Counted from the stretch's first letter, positions 37,300 to 47,461 are shown. The stretch: DNA of 64,000 bases from an uncultured Bacteroidota bacterium (GCA_902582405.1 CACHSA010000003.1:22779-86778), one strand, 5' to 3'. Notes: a model not told the origin generated them from the letters alone. A program made the numbers and translations.

Positions 37300-39735
37300 C
37301 TATTCACAACTAAGTGTTTGACCAATTGGAGATCCATCTGGAATTTTTAACTTCATTTTCGATTCAAACTTCAATTCACCTTTGAAAAATTGTTTTAAAA
37401 TAAACTTAAAATAATAATTTTGTTTGTTCTTATCATTTTCAAAAAAGCTATTTAATTCATGAAGGTTACTCAACACAACAGATTTGACCTCAACTGGAGA
37501 ATTTTTATCCTCAAATAAATCAATCATTTTAAAAATTAAATTGTTGCGGATAATTAAGTCAACTTGCTTGACATTATCTTGAGTTTTGGTTTTAAAAAAC
37601 TTATTAATCATAAAATTTAAACTCTCATTTAATCCAAGCTGGTTTTTATGATAAACTTTTTGCTGTGCAAGTCTGCTGGCCCTTTGTGGATTTAGAATAA
37701 AGGAGAAAATTATGTCACTTAAGGAGTTTACAGGGCTTAATAAATCAAAAGTTGGTCCTGTAAATCCTGAAAAACTTTCACGAGATTGACTAGATCCAAA
37801 TGCAAAGGGCGGTAAAACTTCCATTATTTTTTTTGGAATTATTAAATGATTTTGATTTAGTGATTCACATAATGCATTAAGAGCTTCTCTTTGAATGACT
37901 TCATTTACAGGTGAAACTTTTTCATTCGAATTACCTTTAACTAAATAATTAAAGTTTTGTCCACCAATTAGTTTTGAAACGGCTTCAATTTGATATCTGT
38001 GAAGAAAGTATATTGGAACAAGTCTGTCTCTAAGTATTGAAATTGGATCACCTTTTTTAAGTTGGTTCATTGAAAAGTTATCCATTGCGACTTTTCTAAC
38101 TTTTAGCAAGTGATTGAACTCTTTTATAGGGTTTGCTCCATTGTCCCAAAGATGAGCATTTGGATGGGCTCCACCAACGGGTCTGGCATCTTTGTCCGTT
38201 ATAAACCTCTGACCTTTTTTATAGCTATCATATAAAATTTTATTCAGTTGATCTTCTTGATTTTGTTCGGCTGGAAAATCTTGATATGAGTAAAGTACTG
38301 ACGTTTTATCCCATTCACCAATTCCTTCATCATAAGCATTATCAAGTTTAATTTCACCATTTATAAGTTCAATTAATGGGTGGGGATAATCCATAACTGA
38401 CTCCCTATTGTTTACACTCGACGCAAAGTTGTGAGCAAAGCCAAGTGTGTGACCGATTTCGTGAGCGGATAATTGCTTAATTCGATTAATTGACATGTTG
38501 AGCATTTCAACGTCATTTTCATCACTATATTTATATGGATCTTTTGACAAAGATTGTGCAATCATAAAATCTTGACGTATTCTTAAACTTCCTAAACTAA
38601 CATGTCCTTTTATAATTTCTCCGGTCCTTGGGTCTACAACACTTGATCCATAACTCCATCCTCTAGTTGATCTATGAATCCATTGAATCACATTATATCT
38701 AATATCTAACGGGTCAGCATTCTCAGGTAAAATTTCTATCCTGAAAGCATTTTTATAACCGGCATTTTCAAAAGCCTCGTTCCACCACATTCCCCCTTCT
38801 ATAAGGGCAGAGCGTACAGGTTCGGGTGTCCCATTATCTAAATAGTAAATTATCGGTTCAATAGCTTCGCTTTCCGTCTCAGATGGGTTTTTCTTCTTCA
38901 ATCGATGTCTTAATACATAAGTTTTCTTAGTTGATTCATTTACTGGTGTAGAATAATCAAAAAAGTGTAAGCCATTGGCTCCGGATCTTGGGTCAAATTC
39001 TCGAGGAGTGTAATTGTTATCTGGCAGCTCAACGAAAGAGTGGTGCTGATGAACTGTGACACTTTTCGGCGAAGGGGTGACTGTTTGCAGTAGTTTTCCC
39101 GTTGGAATTCCAGAAAATGTGAGCATTATATCGAACTCACTATTTTTAGGGAAATTTTTAGTTCTTTCTAAAAAAATAGCAGATCTGTTCTCATCAATAA
39201 TATATTTACCCTCTCCCCTTTTTTCTAATCTGTCTGAAACACCGTGCATATCTTGCATTAAAAAAGGAGTAAGGTCAATAAAAATATCTTCTTTTGTAGA
39301 TTTATAAATTTTAAAACCAAAAATGACAGACTTTGCAAATGCTTCCTCAATAGATTTTTTTTCAAGCTTGTTGCTAGAACTACTTCTAAAAATTAGATTT
39401 GGTTGAACTAGCATTATTTTATCCCCCATCTTTTTAAAATAAACTAATCTTTCTTCCCCAAGTTGACCCCTGTCAAGACCAATATCATTACTCCCTATTC
39501 CTTGACTCAGACTACTTACATATAAAAATTCTTTCTGTAAATCCTTCGCTTTATTTAATTTTAAAATTATACGACCATCTTCTGAGTTGTATGAAAATTC
39601 AAAAAAGCCATGTAGCATTTTTTCCTTTGGCTCAAAAGAATTAGAATTATCAATTATTAATTCATCGGAACTTTTAAAGGAATAGAGGTTAGAATTTAAA
39701 AAAAACAGTAAAAAAAATATGATTTTAAGGCGCAT
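37300..39735 (-). CDS. Secreted zinc-dependent metalloprotease (large Bacteroidetes DUF5117/DUF4953-type family)
   Basis: Signal peptide MRLKIIFFLLFFLNSNLYS and zincin motif SAHEIGHTLGFAHN. 811 aa. Confidence 0.8.
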   Translation of the reverse strand: MRLKIIFFLLFFLNSNLYSFKSSDELIIDNSNSFEPKEKMLHGFFEFSYNSEDGRIILKLNKAKDLQKEFLYVSSLSQGIGSNDIGLDRGQLGEERLVYFKKMGDKIMLVQPNLIFRSSSSNKLEKKSIEEAFAKSVIFGFKIYKSTKEDIFIDLTPFLMQDMHGVSDRLEKRGEGKYIIDENRSAIFLERTKNFPKNSEFDIMLTFSGIPTGKLLQTVTPSPKSVTVHQHHSFVELPDNNYTPREFDPRSGANGLHFFDYSTPVNESTKKTYVLRHRLKKKNPSETESEAIEPIIYYLDNGTPEPVRSALIEGGMWWNEAFENAGYKNAFRIEILPENADPLDIRYNVIQWIHRSTRGWSYGSSVVDPRTGEIIKGHVSLGSLRIRQDFMIAQSLSKDPYKYSDENDVEMLNMSINRIKQLSAHEIGHTLGFAHNFASSVNNRESVMDYPHPLIELINGEIKLDNAYDEGIGEWDKTSVLYSYQDFPAEQNQEDQLNKILYDSYKKGQRFITDKDARPVGGAHPNAHLWDNGANPIKEFNHLLKVRKVAMDNFSMNQLKKGDPISILRDRLVPIYFLHRYQIEAVSKLIGGQNFNYLVKGNSNEKVSPVNEVIQREALNALCESLNQNHLIIPKKIMEVLPPFAFGSSQSRESFSGFTGPTFDLLSPVNSLSDIIFSFILNPQRASRLAQQKVYHKNQLGLNESLNFMINKFFKTKTQDNVKQVDLIIRNNLIFKMIDLFEDKNSPVEVKSVVLSNLHELNSFFENDKNKQNYYFKFILKQFFKGELKFESKMKLKIPDGSPIGQTLSCE

Positions 39736-39803
39736 TATATTTATATTTTGAGTCTACTAAAATTAAAGAAAAAAAGAACAGTATATTTATTTTTTAAATT
39801 TAA

Positions 39804-40917
39804 ATGCATATGATTACAAATGATCAAAAAGCAAATCTTAAAAAGCGACTGGTTGCGTTAAGGGGGTATCTTTGACATAGATGGAAAACTCGAAACGTTA
39901 AAAGAAATAGAAATTATTACTTCAAAATCAGACTTTTGGAATGACTCAAAAGAAGCTGAAAGAGTAATGAAAAAAATGAAAACTATTAAAAAGTGGATCA
40001 CTGATTTTAATGAAATTCAAACCATTTTTGATGATATTGAAATTCTTTGTGAATATCACGAACAAGGGGAAAATACCTTTGAAGAAATTGAAAGATCCTA
40101 TTCTAAATGCATAAAGCTTCTCGAAGATATAGAGTTTAAAAATATGCTGTCTAATGAAGGGGATAATTTGAGTGCGATTGTTCAAATTAACGCTGGAGCT
40201 GGGGGAACAGAGAGTTGTGACTGGGCTGAAATGCTTATGAGGATGTATTTAATGTGGGGAGAAAAGAATTCATTCAAATTAAAAGAACTAAATAATCAAT
40301 CTGGGGATGTTGCAGGGATTAAAACCGTTACAATTCAAATAGAGGGAGACTATGCTTTTGGTTGGCTCAAAGGAGAAAATGGAGTACACAGGCTAGTTAG
40401 AATATCTCCTTTTGATAGTAATGCAAAACGTCATACTTCCTTTGCATCAGTTTACGTTTATCCGCTAGTAGATGAAGAAATCGAAATTGAAATCAATCCA
40501 TCCGATCTTAAATGGGAAACTATGAGATCAAGTGGAGCTGGTGGTCAAAGTGTCAATAAAATTGAAACGGCAGTAAGATTAAAACATTTACCAACCGGAA
40601 TAATCGTTGAGAACTCGGAGAGTCGCTCTCAACTTGATAATAAAAATAAAGCATTACATCTTCTAAAATCTCAGCTGTACCAGATTGAGCTAAAAAAAAG
40701 AACTTCAGAAAGAGACAAAATTGAAGCTTCAAAAATGAAAATCGAATGGGGTTCTCAAATTAGAAACTATGTCTTCCACCCATATAAATTGGTAAAAGAT
40801 TTGAGAAGTAATTGTGAGGTATCAGATGTAGAGTCTGTCATGAATGGCAATCTTGACATATTTCTTAAAGAATTTTTAATGCAATCAGGACAAAAAGATG
40901 AGAAAAAAAGTAATTAA
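39804..40917 (+). CDS. prfB: Peptide chain release factor 2, requiring a programmed +1 frameshift at 39873
   Basis: Frame 0 runs MHMITNDQKANLKKRLVALRGYL to the TGA at 39873-39875. The +1 frame continues DIDGKLETLKEIE... into the track ORF 39967..40917, which carries the SPF (RISPFDS) and GGQ (GAGGQSVNK) motifs. The start could be 39804 or 39810. Confidence 0.93.
39861..39876 (+). other. RF2 autoregulatory +1 frameshift site AGGGGG TAT CTT TGA C
   Basis: SD-like AGGGGG, a 3-nt spacer, then the slippery CTT followed by TGA C. To my recollection this is identical to the E. coli prfB recoding site. Confidence 0.9.
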
Positions 40918-41518
40918 AAATATAATTTTTGATTTTGGGGGTGTATTAATTGATTGGAATCCAGATTATGTTTTTAAAAAACTAATTAAAAACAAAACTG
41001 ATCGTGATTTTTTCTACAATAATATTTGCACATTTGAGTGGAATGAAAACCAGGATATGGGGTACCCTTTAAAAAAAGCAACAAAAGAAAGAATAAAATT
41101 ATTCCCTGAATATGAAAAATTAATTCTCGCATATTATGGAAGATGGGAAGAAATGCTTGGTGGAGAAATATCAGGAACCGTCAAAATACTAAAAACCATT
41201 TTTGAGAAAGAGGAATTCAAACTCTTTGGGCTAACTAATTGGAGCTCAGAAACTTTTCCAGTAGCTCTAAAAAAATTTAAATTTTTAAGATTATTTTCAG
41301 GAATTGTAGTTTCAGGGGAAGAAAAAACAAGAAAACCTTTCGATAAGATATATCAATTGACAATTGACAGATACAATTTGAATTGTGACGAAACTGTATT
41401 TATTGACGACAATCTAAGAAATATCAATGCTGCCATTAATTTTGGAATAAAAAAAAGTATACTTTTCAAAAATCCAGAAAATTTAGAGGCAGATTTAAAA
41501 AAACTTAAAATATTATGA
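40898..41518 (+). CDS. HAD-superfamily hydrolase
   Basis: Motif I IIFDFGGVLIDW and motif IV-type FIDDNLRN. It overlaps the prfB 3' end by 20 nt. Confidence 0.8.
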   Translation: MRKKVIKNIIFDFGGVLIDWNPDYVFKKLIKNKTDRDFFYNNICTFEWNENQDMGYPLKKATKERIKLFPEYEKLILAYYGRWEEMLGGEISGTVKILKTIFEKEEFKLFGLTNWSSETFPVALKKFKFLRLFSGIVVSGEEKTRKPFDKIYQLTIDRYNLNCDETVFIDDNLRNINAAINFGIKKSILFKNPENLEADLKKLKIL

Positions 41519-41859
41519 AGTACTTAATTTACCACAACCCTAGGTGTAGAAAATCAAGAGAAGCTCTAAAATACCTCCAAGATAAAGAATACGATTTTGA
41601 GGTTAGAGATTACATTAAAAACCTTCTATCAGTTGGAGAAATAGAGGAATTAATAGAGTCTTTAAAAATTAAACCTATTGAATTGGTAAGAAAAAACGAA
41701 GAGATTTGGAAAGAAAATTTTAAAAACAAAGATTTAAATGATAGTCAAATTATAAGTGCTCTTTCAAAATATCCAAAATTAATTGAAAGGCCCATAGTTA
41801 CAAAAGACAAAAATTCTATAATTGCTCGACCAGTTGACAAACTGTTAAACTTTCTTTAA
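41515..41859 (+). CDS. ArsC/Spx-family protein (YfgD-like arsenate-reductase fold)
   Basis: IYHNPRCRKSREAL N-terminal motif, LIERPIV, and a length of 114 aa. Confidence 0.83.
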   Translation: MKYLIYHNPRCRKSREALKYLQDKEYDFEVRDYIKNLLSVGEIEELIESLKIKPIELVRKNEEIWKENFKNKDLNDSQIISALSKYPKLIERPIVTKDKNSIIARPVDKLLNFL

Positions 41860-41907
41860 AAAAAAAATATACTCAGAAAAAATGTTCATTTTTGCTAAAA
41901 AATTTAT

Positions 41908-44355
41908 CTGAAAAAGTTACCCTACTTAATATTTTTCTTCTTGGCTTTAAATGCTAATGCTCAGAGGAATATTGCATCTAGTGTAAAAAAAATATTTATT
42001 ACAGGCAATGTAATTGATATTGATACTGGACAACCCTTGGAATACGCCACTGTTGCATTTAAAAATCCAAACGCACCTAAATTAAATCAAGGAGGTATTA
42101 CCAATCAAAATGGCGTTTTTAAAGTCGAGATAATTCCAGGTAAATACGATATCATAACAGAATATATTTCATTTGAAAGAAATATTAAAAAAGGGATTGT
42201 TTTAAATAATTCTCAAAATATTGGTGAAATTAAATTAAAAATTTCTGTTTCAAACTTAGATGAAGTTGAATTAATAGGGGAACAGACTGAAGTAGAAATA
42301 AAATTGGACAAAAGAGTTTACAATGTAGGAAAAGATATTACTGTTAGAGGGGGTAGCGTGTCTGATGTTATGAATAATATTCCTTCTGTATCAGTTGATC
42401 CTGAAGGAAACATTTCATTACGAGGAAATGGTAATGTAAGAATTTTAATAAATGGTAAGCCATCCGGCTTAATTGGACTTTCCGGACCTCAGGGACTGCG
42501 ACAACTTCCTGCTGAATCAATTGAAAAAGTAGAAGTAATAACCTCGCCTTCAGCTAGATATGAAGCTTCTGGAACAGCAGGAATTCTAAATATCATACTC
42601 AAAAAACAAAATTTAGAAGGCTTTAACGGATCCTTAGCTTTAAACTCAGGTTTTCCAAGGGCTTTAGGAAGTAATTTGAATATGAATTTTAGGAAAAATA
42701 AATTAAATTTTTTTTCAACCATAAGTGTAAATGATGCAAAATCCTTGGGAGGTGGTGTATTTGACAGTGAATATTTCAATGATGTCAACCCTAGCACATT
42801 TACATACGAGGACAGAGATTACGATAGATTAAGAAAGAGAGTTTTCTTAAATATTGGTATGGAATACTATTTTAACGATGAAACCTCTTTTACGATAAGT
42901 GGTTTCACAAGAAATTCTGATAATTTAAGTAATAATTCTACCATCATACAGGATCTCGACCAAAACAAGATAATATTAAATGAATTTGGAAGATTTCAAG
43001 ATGAAGAGGAAGACGATATATCACGCCAATTGACTCTTAATTTCACAAAAAAATTTAATAAAAAGGGCCACGAACTTGTAATTGAATTTCAGACTGAAAA
43101 AAGTACTGAGGATGAAAGTGATTATGCATCAAATACAAATACTTTTGACCAATCGTCAATTACGGACGAGACTCAACAGAGAAATTTACTTCAATTAGAC
43201 TACGTTTATCCCATTGATCAAAACACCCAATTCGAACTTGGATACCGTGGTAACTTTAGTGATTTAAATACAGATTATAACGTTTTAGATATTCGGAATA
43301 ATGAGACAATTAGAAATTTAAATTTATCCAATATATTCGTTTTTAATCAAGATGTTAATGCTTATTATACTCAATTTGGAAAGAAAATAAGTAAATTTTC
43401 ATACCTATTAGGCCTAAGAGCAGAAACAACTAATCTTAAATTCAATCAGAAAACGTCTCAACAGTCAAATCAAAAAAAATACACAGACTTATTTCCAACT
43501 GTAAATTTATCATATGAGTTTAGCAATTCTGAAAATATAACATTAGGTTATAGTAGAAGAATTCGAAGGCCACGTTCTTGGTCATTAAATCCCTTCCAAT
43601 CAATAACAAGCCTTACTTTTTTTAGACAAGGCAATCCAGATTTAGATCCCTCCTATTCTAATTCATATGATATAGGTTATTTAAAAAGGATGAAAAAATT
43701 TACCTTCAGTGGGTCAGTATATTTTCAAAAAGAGACTAATGTTATTCAAAGAATCACAGAAGAAACGGGAGAGATTGTAAGAGTTAGTGAAAACCCAATA
43801 GTCGACGTGCCAGCATTAAGATTTACCTCCATTAATTTATCGGAAAATATAAGAACAGGGACCGAGTTTACTCTTACCTATACTCCCAAAAGGACTGTCA
43901 GATTAAGTGGTAATTTCAACCTTTTTAATTCTGAGACCGTTGGTAGCTATAAAGGGGATTCGTTTGATGCCAGAATTTTAACTTGGTTTGCAAGAATTAA
44001 TTCTAGTTTTCCACTCCCACTTGGAACAAATGCCCAAATAAATGGTTATTACAGAGGACCAAGGGAAAATGCTCAAAGAAAAACTAAAGGTCTAGTTGGT
44101 TTTTCAGGAGCAATAAATAAGCAAATTTTTAAAAAGAAAGGGACAATTTCATTTAGAGCCTCAGATATATTCAATTCACAGATTTCAAGAAGTACAACTT
44201 TAACCGATAGCTTTGAAAATTACACAGAATTTCAGTGGAGAGCACCAACATACATATTTACACTTACTTACAGGGTCAACGAAAATAAATCTAATAGAAG
44301 GAGGAATTCTCGGCAGTATAATTCCGGTCAACAAGAATTTGAATTTGGAGATTAA
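41908..44355 (+). CDS. TonB-dependent receptor-like outer-membrane beta-barrel protein (CarboxypepD_reg-like N-domain + plug + barrel)
   Basis: ITGNVIDIDTGQPLEYATVAF is the carboxypeptidase-regulatory-like part. The plug is ISLRGNGNVRILINGKP ... IEKVEVITSPSARYEASG, and the protein has an aromatic C-terminus. The track's TTG start at 41941 cuts the signal peptide; the in-frame CTG at 41908 would give (M)KKLPYLIFFFLALNANAQ. The start is unresolved. Confidence 0.85.
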   Translation: MKKLPYLIFFFLALNANAQRNIASSVKKIFITGNVIDIDTGQPLEYATVAFKNPNAPKLNQGGITNQNGVFKVEIIPGKYDIITEYISFERNIKKGIVLNNSQNIGEIKLKISVSNLDEVELIGEQTEVEIKLDKRVYNVGKDITVRGGSVSDVMNNIPSVSVDPEGNISLRGNGNVRILINGKPSGLIGLSGPQGLRQLPAESIEKVEVITSPSARYEASGTAGILNIILKKQNLEGFNGSLALNSGFPRALGSNLNMNFRKNKLNFFSTISVNDAKSLGGGVFDSEYFNDVNPSTFTYEDRDYDRLRKRVFLNIGMEYYFNDETSFTISGFTRNSDNLSNNSTIIQDLDQNKIILNEFGRFQDEEEDDISRQLTLNFTKKFNKKGHELVIEFQTEKSTEDESDYASNTNTFDQSSITDETQQRNLLQLDYVYPIDQNTQFELGYRGNFSDLNTDYNVLDIRNNETIRNLNLSNIFVFNQDVNAYYTQFGKKISKFSYLLGLRAETTNLKFNQKTSQQSNQKKYTDLFPTVNLSYEFSNSENITLGYSRRIRRPRSWSLNPFQSITSLTFFRQGNPDLDPSYSNSYDIGYLKRMKKFTFSGSVYFQKETNVIQRITEETGEIVRVSENPIVDVPALRFTSINLSENIRTGTEFTLTYTPKRTVRLSGNFNLFNSETVGSYKGDSFDARILTWFARINSSFPLPLGTNAQINGYYRGPRENAQRKTKGLVGFSGAINKQIFKKKGTISFRASDIFNSQISRSTTLTDSFENYTEFQWRAPTYIFTLTYRVNENKSNRRRNSRQYNSGQQEFEFGD

Positions 44356-44364
44356 AAGTTAAAA

Positions 44365-44526
44365 CTACGGTTTTTTTGAAGAAGTCTTCCCTTTAATCCA
44401 CTCCAAAAAAGTCCCAGTTAACCAATAAGGTATAATAAATAATAGCAAGAAAAACATTAGCCAGAACCCTATTGTTAGTATACCCAGAAATGATAAAAAA
44501 CCTAAATACTGATCAAATTCAAACAT
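44365..44526 (-). CDS. Candidate 53-aa small membrane protein (not in ORF track)
   Basis: Hand translation gives MFEFDQYLGFLSFLGILTIGFWLMFFLLLFIIPYWLTGTFLEWIKGKTSSKKP. This is one long hydrophobic stretch (1-2 TM) with a basic tail, and it fills an otherwise empty 297-nt gap. Confidence 0.4.
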   Translation of the reverse strand: MFEFDQYLGFLSFLGILTIGFWLMFFLLLFIIPYWLTGTFLEWIKGKTSSKKP

Positions 44527-44652
44527 GCTTCTTATAAATAATTCAAATTTAATTTATTTTTCTAAATAAATTTTCTGTTTTTTAAAAATAATTTGCTAAA
44601 GTTAAAAACTTAAGCTGAGAAAAATTTGTTGTAATTTTATAAATAATCTCTC

Positions 44653-46053
44653 ATGAAATACAGAATAGAAAAAGATACACTTGGTGAAGTAAAAGTTCCT
44701 AAAAATGTCTACTGGGGGCCACAAACCGAGAGATCTAGACAAAATTTTAAAATTGGAACAACAACTCCAATGCCAATTGAAATTATTTATGGTTATGCTC
44801 ACCTTAAAAAATCAGCTGCAATGGCAAATCACGATCTTGGTGTTTTAGAAAAAAATAAAAAGGATTTAATAGTGGAAGTCTGTAATGAAATTATCATGGG
44901 AAAACTCGACGACCATTTTCCACTTGTTATTTGGCAAACTGGTTCTGGCACCCAAACTAATATGAATATTAATGAGGTAATTAGTAATAGAGCACATGTA
45001 ATTCTAGGAAATAGATTGGGCACCGGAAAAAAAGAATTATCTCCAAATGATGATGTTAATATGTCACAATCCTCAAATGACACATTCCCTACATCTATTC
45101 ATATTGCAACATATCTTAAACTCAAGGAAGTTACAATCCCTGGAATTGAAAATCTATTGAATTCATTAAAAACAAAATCTAAGCAATTTGAAAAAATTGT
45201 TAAAATTGGGCGAACACACCTAATGGATGCGACTCCTGTTACTTTAGGTCAAGAGTTTTCTGGATATTCTTCTCTAATCGAAAACGGTTTAGAATCACTA
45301 AAATTTTCTCTAAACCATTTATCCGAAATCGCTTTAGGTGGGACAGCAGTTGGGACAGGAATTAATACTCCAAATGGATACAATGAATGTGTTGCTAATT
45401 TTATATCTAAGTCAACAGGTATAGAATTCGTAACTGCGAAAAATAAATTTGAAGCAATTTCCTCAAATGATGCTATCGTTCGTGTTCACAACTCATTAAA
45501 ACAACTAGCAATATCACTTAATAAAATTGCTAATGACATCAGACTAATGGGTTCAGGACCTAGGTCAGGTATTGGTGAAATATACTTACCTGCAAATGAA
45601 CCTGGAAGTTCAATAATGCCAGGAAAAGTAAATCCAACTCAATGCGAAGCACTAACAATGGTTTGTGCTCAAGTTATGGGAAATGATGTTTCTGTAGGAG
45701 TTGGTAGCACACAAGGTCATTTTGAGTTAAATGTTTTTAGACCCCTAATTGCAAAAAATGTTTTGGAGTCTTCTCAAATACTAGGTGATGCTTGTAAAAG
45801 CTTTAGTGAAAATTGTATTTCTGGAATAAAACCTAATTTGAAAAAAATTAATGAATTATTAAACAATTCCTTAATGTTAATTACTGCTTTAAATACTAAA
45901 ATAGGATATTACAAATCAGCTGAAATAGCCAATTTCGCATTTAAGGAAAATATATCTCTTAAAGAAGCAGCAAAAAAATTAAACTATGTATCAGAAAAAG
46001 ATTTTGATAAGTGGGTCAAGCCCGAAGATATGACGGGTAATGATAAAAATTAG
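44653..46053 (+). CDS. fumC: Class II fumarate hydratase
   Basis: [19 protein letters not shown], and the signature [15 protein letters not shown]. Confidence 0.96.
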   Translation: MKYRIEKDTLGEVKVPKNVYWGPQTERSRQNFKIGTTTPMPIEIIYGYAHLKKSAAMANHDLGVLEKNKKDLIVEVCNEIIMGKLDDHFPLVIWQTGSGTQTNMNINEVISNRAHVILGNRLGTGKKELSPNDDVNMSQSSNDTFPTSIHIATYLKLKEVTIPGIENLLNSLKTKSKQFEKIVKIGRTHLMDATPVTLGQEFSGYSSLIENGLESLKFSLNHLSEIALGGTAVGTGINTPNGYNECVANFISKSTGIEFVTAKNKFEAISSNDAIVRVHNSLKQLAISLNKIANDIRLMGSGPRSGIGEIYLPANEPGSSIMPGKVNPTQCEALTMVCAQVMGNDVSVGVGSTQGHFELNVFRPLIAKNVLESSQILGDACKSFSENCISGIKPNLKKINELLNNSLMLITALNTKIGYYKSAEIANFAFKENISLKEAAKKLNYVSEKDFDKWVKPEDMTGNDKN

Positions 46054-46507
46054 CTTCAAAAAGTTTACAAAAATTGATTCTGAAAAATTCAAGTCTTTAA
46101 ATCTGGAATGGTTAAATAGCTATTTTGAAGTTGAAACCATTGACCAACTATTACTAAATAATCCCCAAAAAGAAATTATCGACAAAGGTGGTTTCATTTT
46201 TATGATTCAAAAAAATTCTAAAACCATTGGGACTTTCGCATTTATAAAAAAAAGTGAAAAGATTTATGAATTCAGCAAAATGGCAATAATACCCGAACAA
46301 AGAGGAAATGGATATGGAAACCAAACCATGAAGTTTTTAATTCAATTTGCAAAAAATAAAAACTGGTCAAAGCTGATTCTGTATTCAAATACAAAACTCC
46401 AAAATTCAATCCATTTGTACAGAAAATATGGATTTAAAGAAATACCGTTGGAAAAAAATCTTGTATATTCAAGGGGTAATATTAAAATGGAATTAAAATT
46501 AATTTGA
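46040..46507 (+). CDS. GNAT-family N-acetyltransferase
   Basis: The acetyl-CoA motif is [13 protein letters not shown], followed by YRKYGF. It overlaps the fumC end by 14 nt. Confidence 0.85.
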   Translation: MIKISFKKFTKIDSEKFKSLNLEWLNSYFEVETIDQLLLNNPQKEIIDKGGFIFMIQKNSKTIGTFAFIKKSEKIYEFSKMAIIPEQRGNGYGNQTMKFLIQFAKNKNWSKLILYSNTKLQNSIHLYRKYGFKEIPLEKNLVYSRGNIKMELKLI

Positions 46508-47461
46508 TAAAAAAGCCTCAACAATTTTTAGACTCTCAAAAGGCTTTTCTTCCATCGGAATATGCCCAGTGTCATTCATAATGGAAACCCTAGACGTTTT
46601 AATCATTGATTTAAATTTTTGAGCAAACTTTACATTTATCCACTCATCATTTTTACCCCAAAGTATAAGCGTTGGAGATGTAATTTTTTTTAATCTTGAA
46701 GTATGGTCAATAAAACCGGTTAAGGCTCGGTCAATAAAAGCTTGCCTATTACCCTCTCTTAAATTTAATTTATAATATCTGTTGATAATTGATTTTGATA
46801 TAAGTTTATCGTCGTAATAAACCTCGTTTAAAGACTTTTTTATTAAAAATTTAGGTGATATTTTTTTTATTAAAAAGTTTAGATATTTATTTCTTGCTAT
46901 TCTAATAGCAAAAGGAACCTTATCTAATTCATATCCAGAAGAATTAATCAATATTAATTTTTTTACTTTATTATTGTAAAATGACGTATAAAGCCAGGCA
47001 ATTGAACCACCTAAGGAATTTCCTGCAAGATGAAACTTTTGAACTCCAATTTTTTCAATAAAACTTTCAAGCAGGTCAACATAGTCTTTAATTTTATATT
47101 TTTTGTCTGAGCGAGGACCTGACATACCAAAACCAGGGAGTGTAATTCTTAAAACTCTATATTTATCCTTTAATCTTTGTGCCCAGGAATCCCAAGTGTG
47201 AAGTGAAGCCCCTGTTCCGTGAAGAAGAATTATAGGTATTCCCTCACCTTCGTCCACATAATGAAGGAGTGTTCCATCAACTTCAACAAACTTTGAATTC
47301 TTATTTTCAAATTCTGCTTTTAAATCATCTAGAGGTATATGGTTGGTGATATTTAAAAAAAATAAAAAAAGGAGAGAAAAACCAAAAAATATAATGACTT
47401 TTAATATTTGTCTTAATTTAATCACATTAATTGGTATATTAAACGCGACCCTTAAGTGCAT
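46499..47461 (-). CDS. Membrane-anchored alpha/beta-fold hydrolase
   Basis: TM anchor ILKVIIFFGFSLLFLFFL, oxyanion HGTGAS, nucleophile elbow GNSLGGSIA, and His in DTGHIPMEE. The start could be 47461 (MHLRV...) or the track's 47500, which would overlap the small ORF below. Confidence 0.82.
   Translation of the reverse strand: MHLRVAFNIPINVIKLRQILKVIIFFGFSLLFLFFLNITNHIPLDDLKAEFENKNSKFVEVDGTLLHYVDEGEGIPIILLHGTGASLHTWDSWAQRLKDKYRVLRITLPGFGMSGPRSDKKYKIKDYVDLLESFIEKIGVQKFHLAGNSLGGSIAWLYTSFYNNKVKKLILINSSGYELDKVPFAIRIARNKYLNFLIKKISPKFLIKKSLNEVYYDDKLISKSIINRYYKLNLREGNRQAFIDRALTGFIDHTSRLKKITSPTLILWGKNDEWINVKFAQKFKSMIKTSRVSIMNDTGHIPMEEKPFESLKIVEAFLSN

Noticed and set aside
39946-40185. 79-aa minus-strand ORF overlapping the 5' part of prfB.
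   Set aside because: It is antisense to RF2 coding sequence, which is confirmed by the SPF/GGQ motifs and the frameshift site. No features support it.
41882-41911. Programmed -1 frameshift on the A-run (GCT AAA AAA TTT) joining MFIFAKK to the receptor signal peptide.
   Set aside because: The zero-frame codons do not form an X XXY YYZ slippery heptamer, and I saw no downstream stimulatory structure. A non-canonical CTG/ATT start or a sequence error is the simpler explanation.
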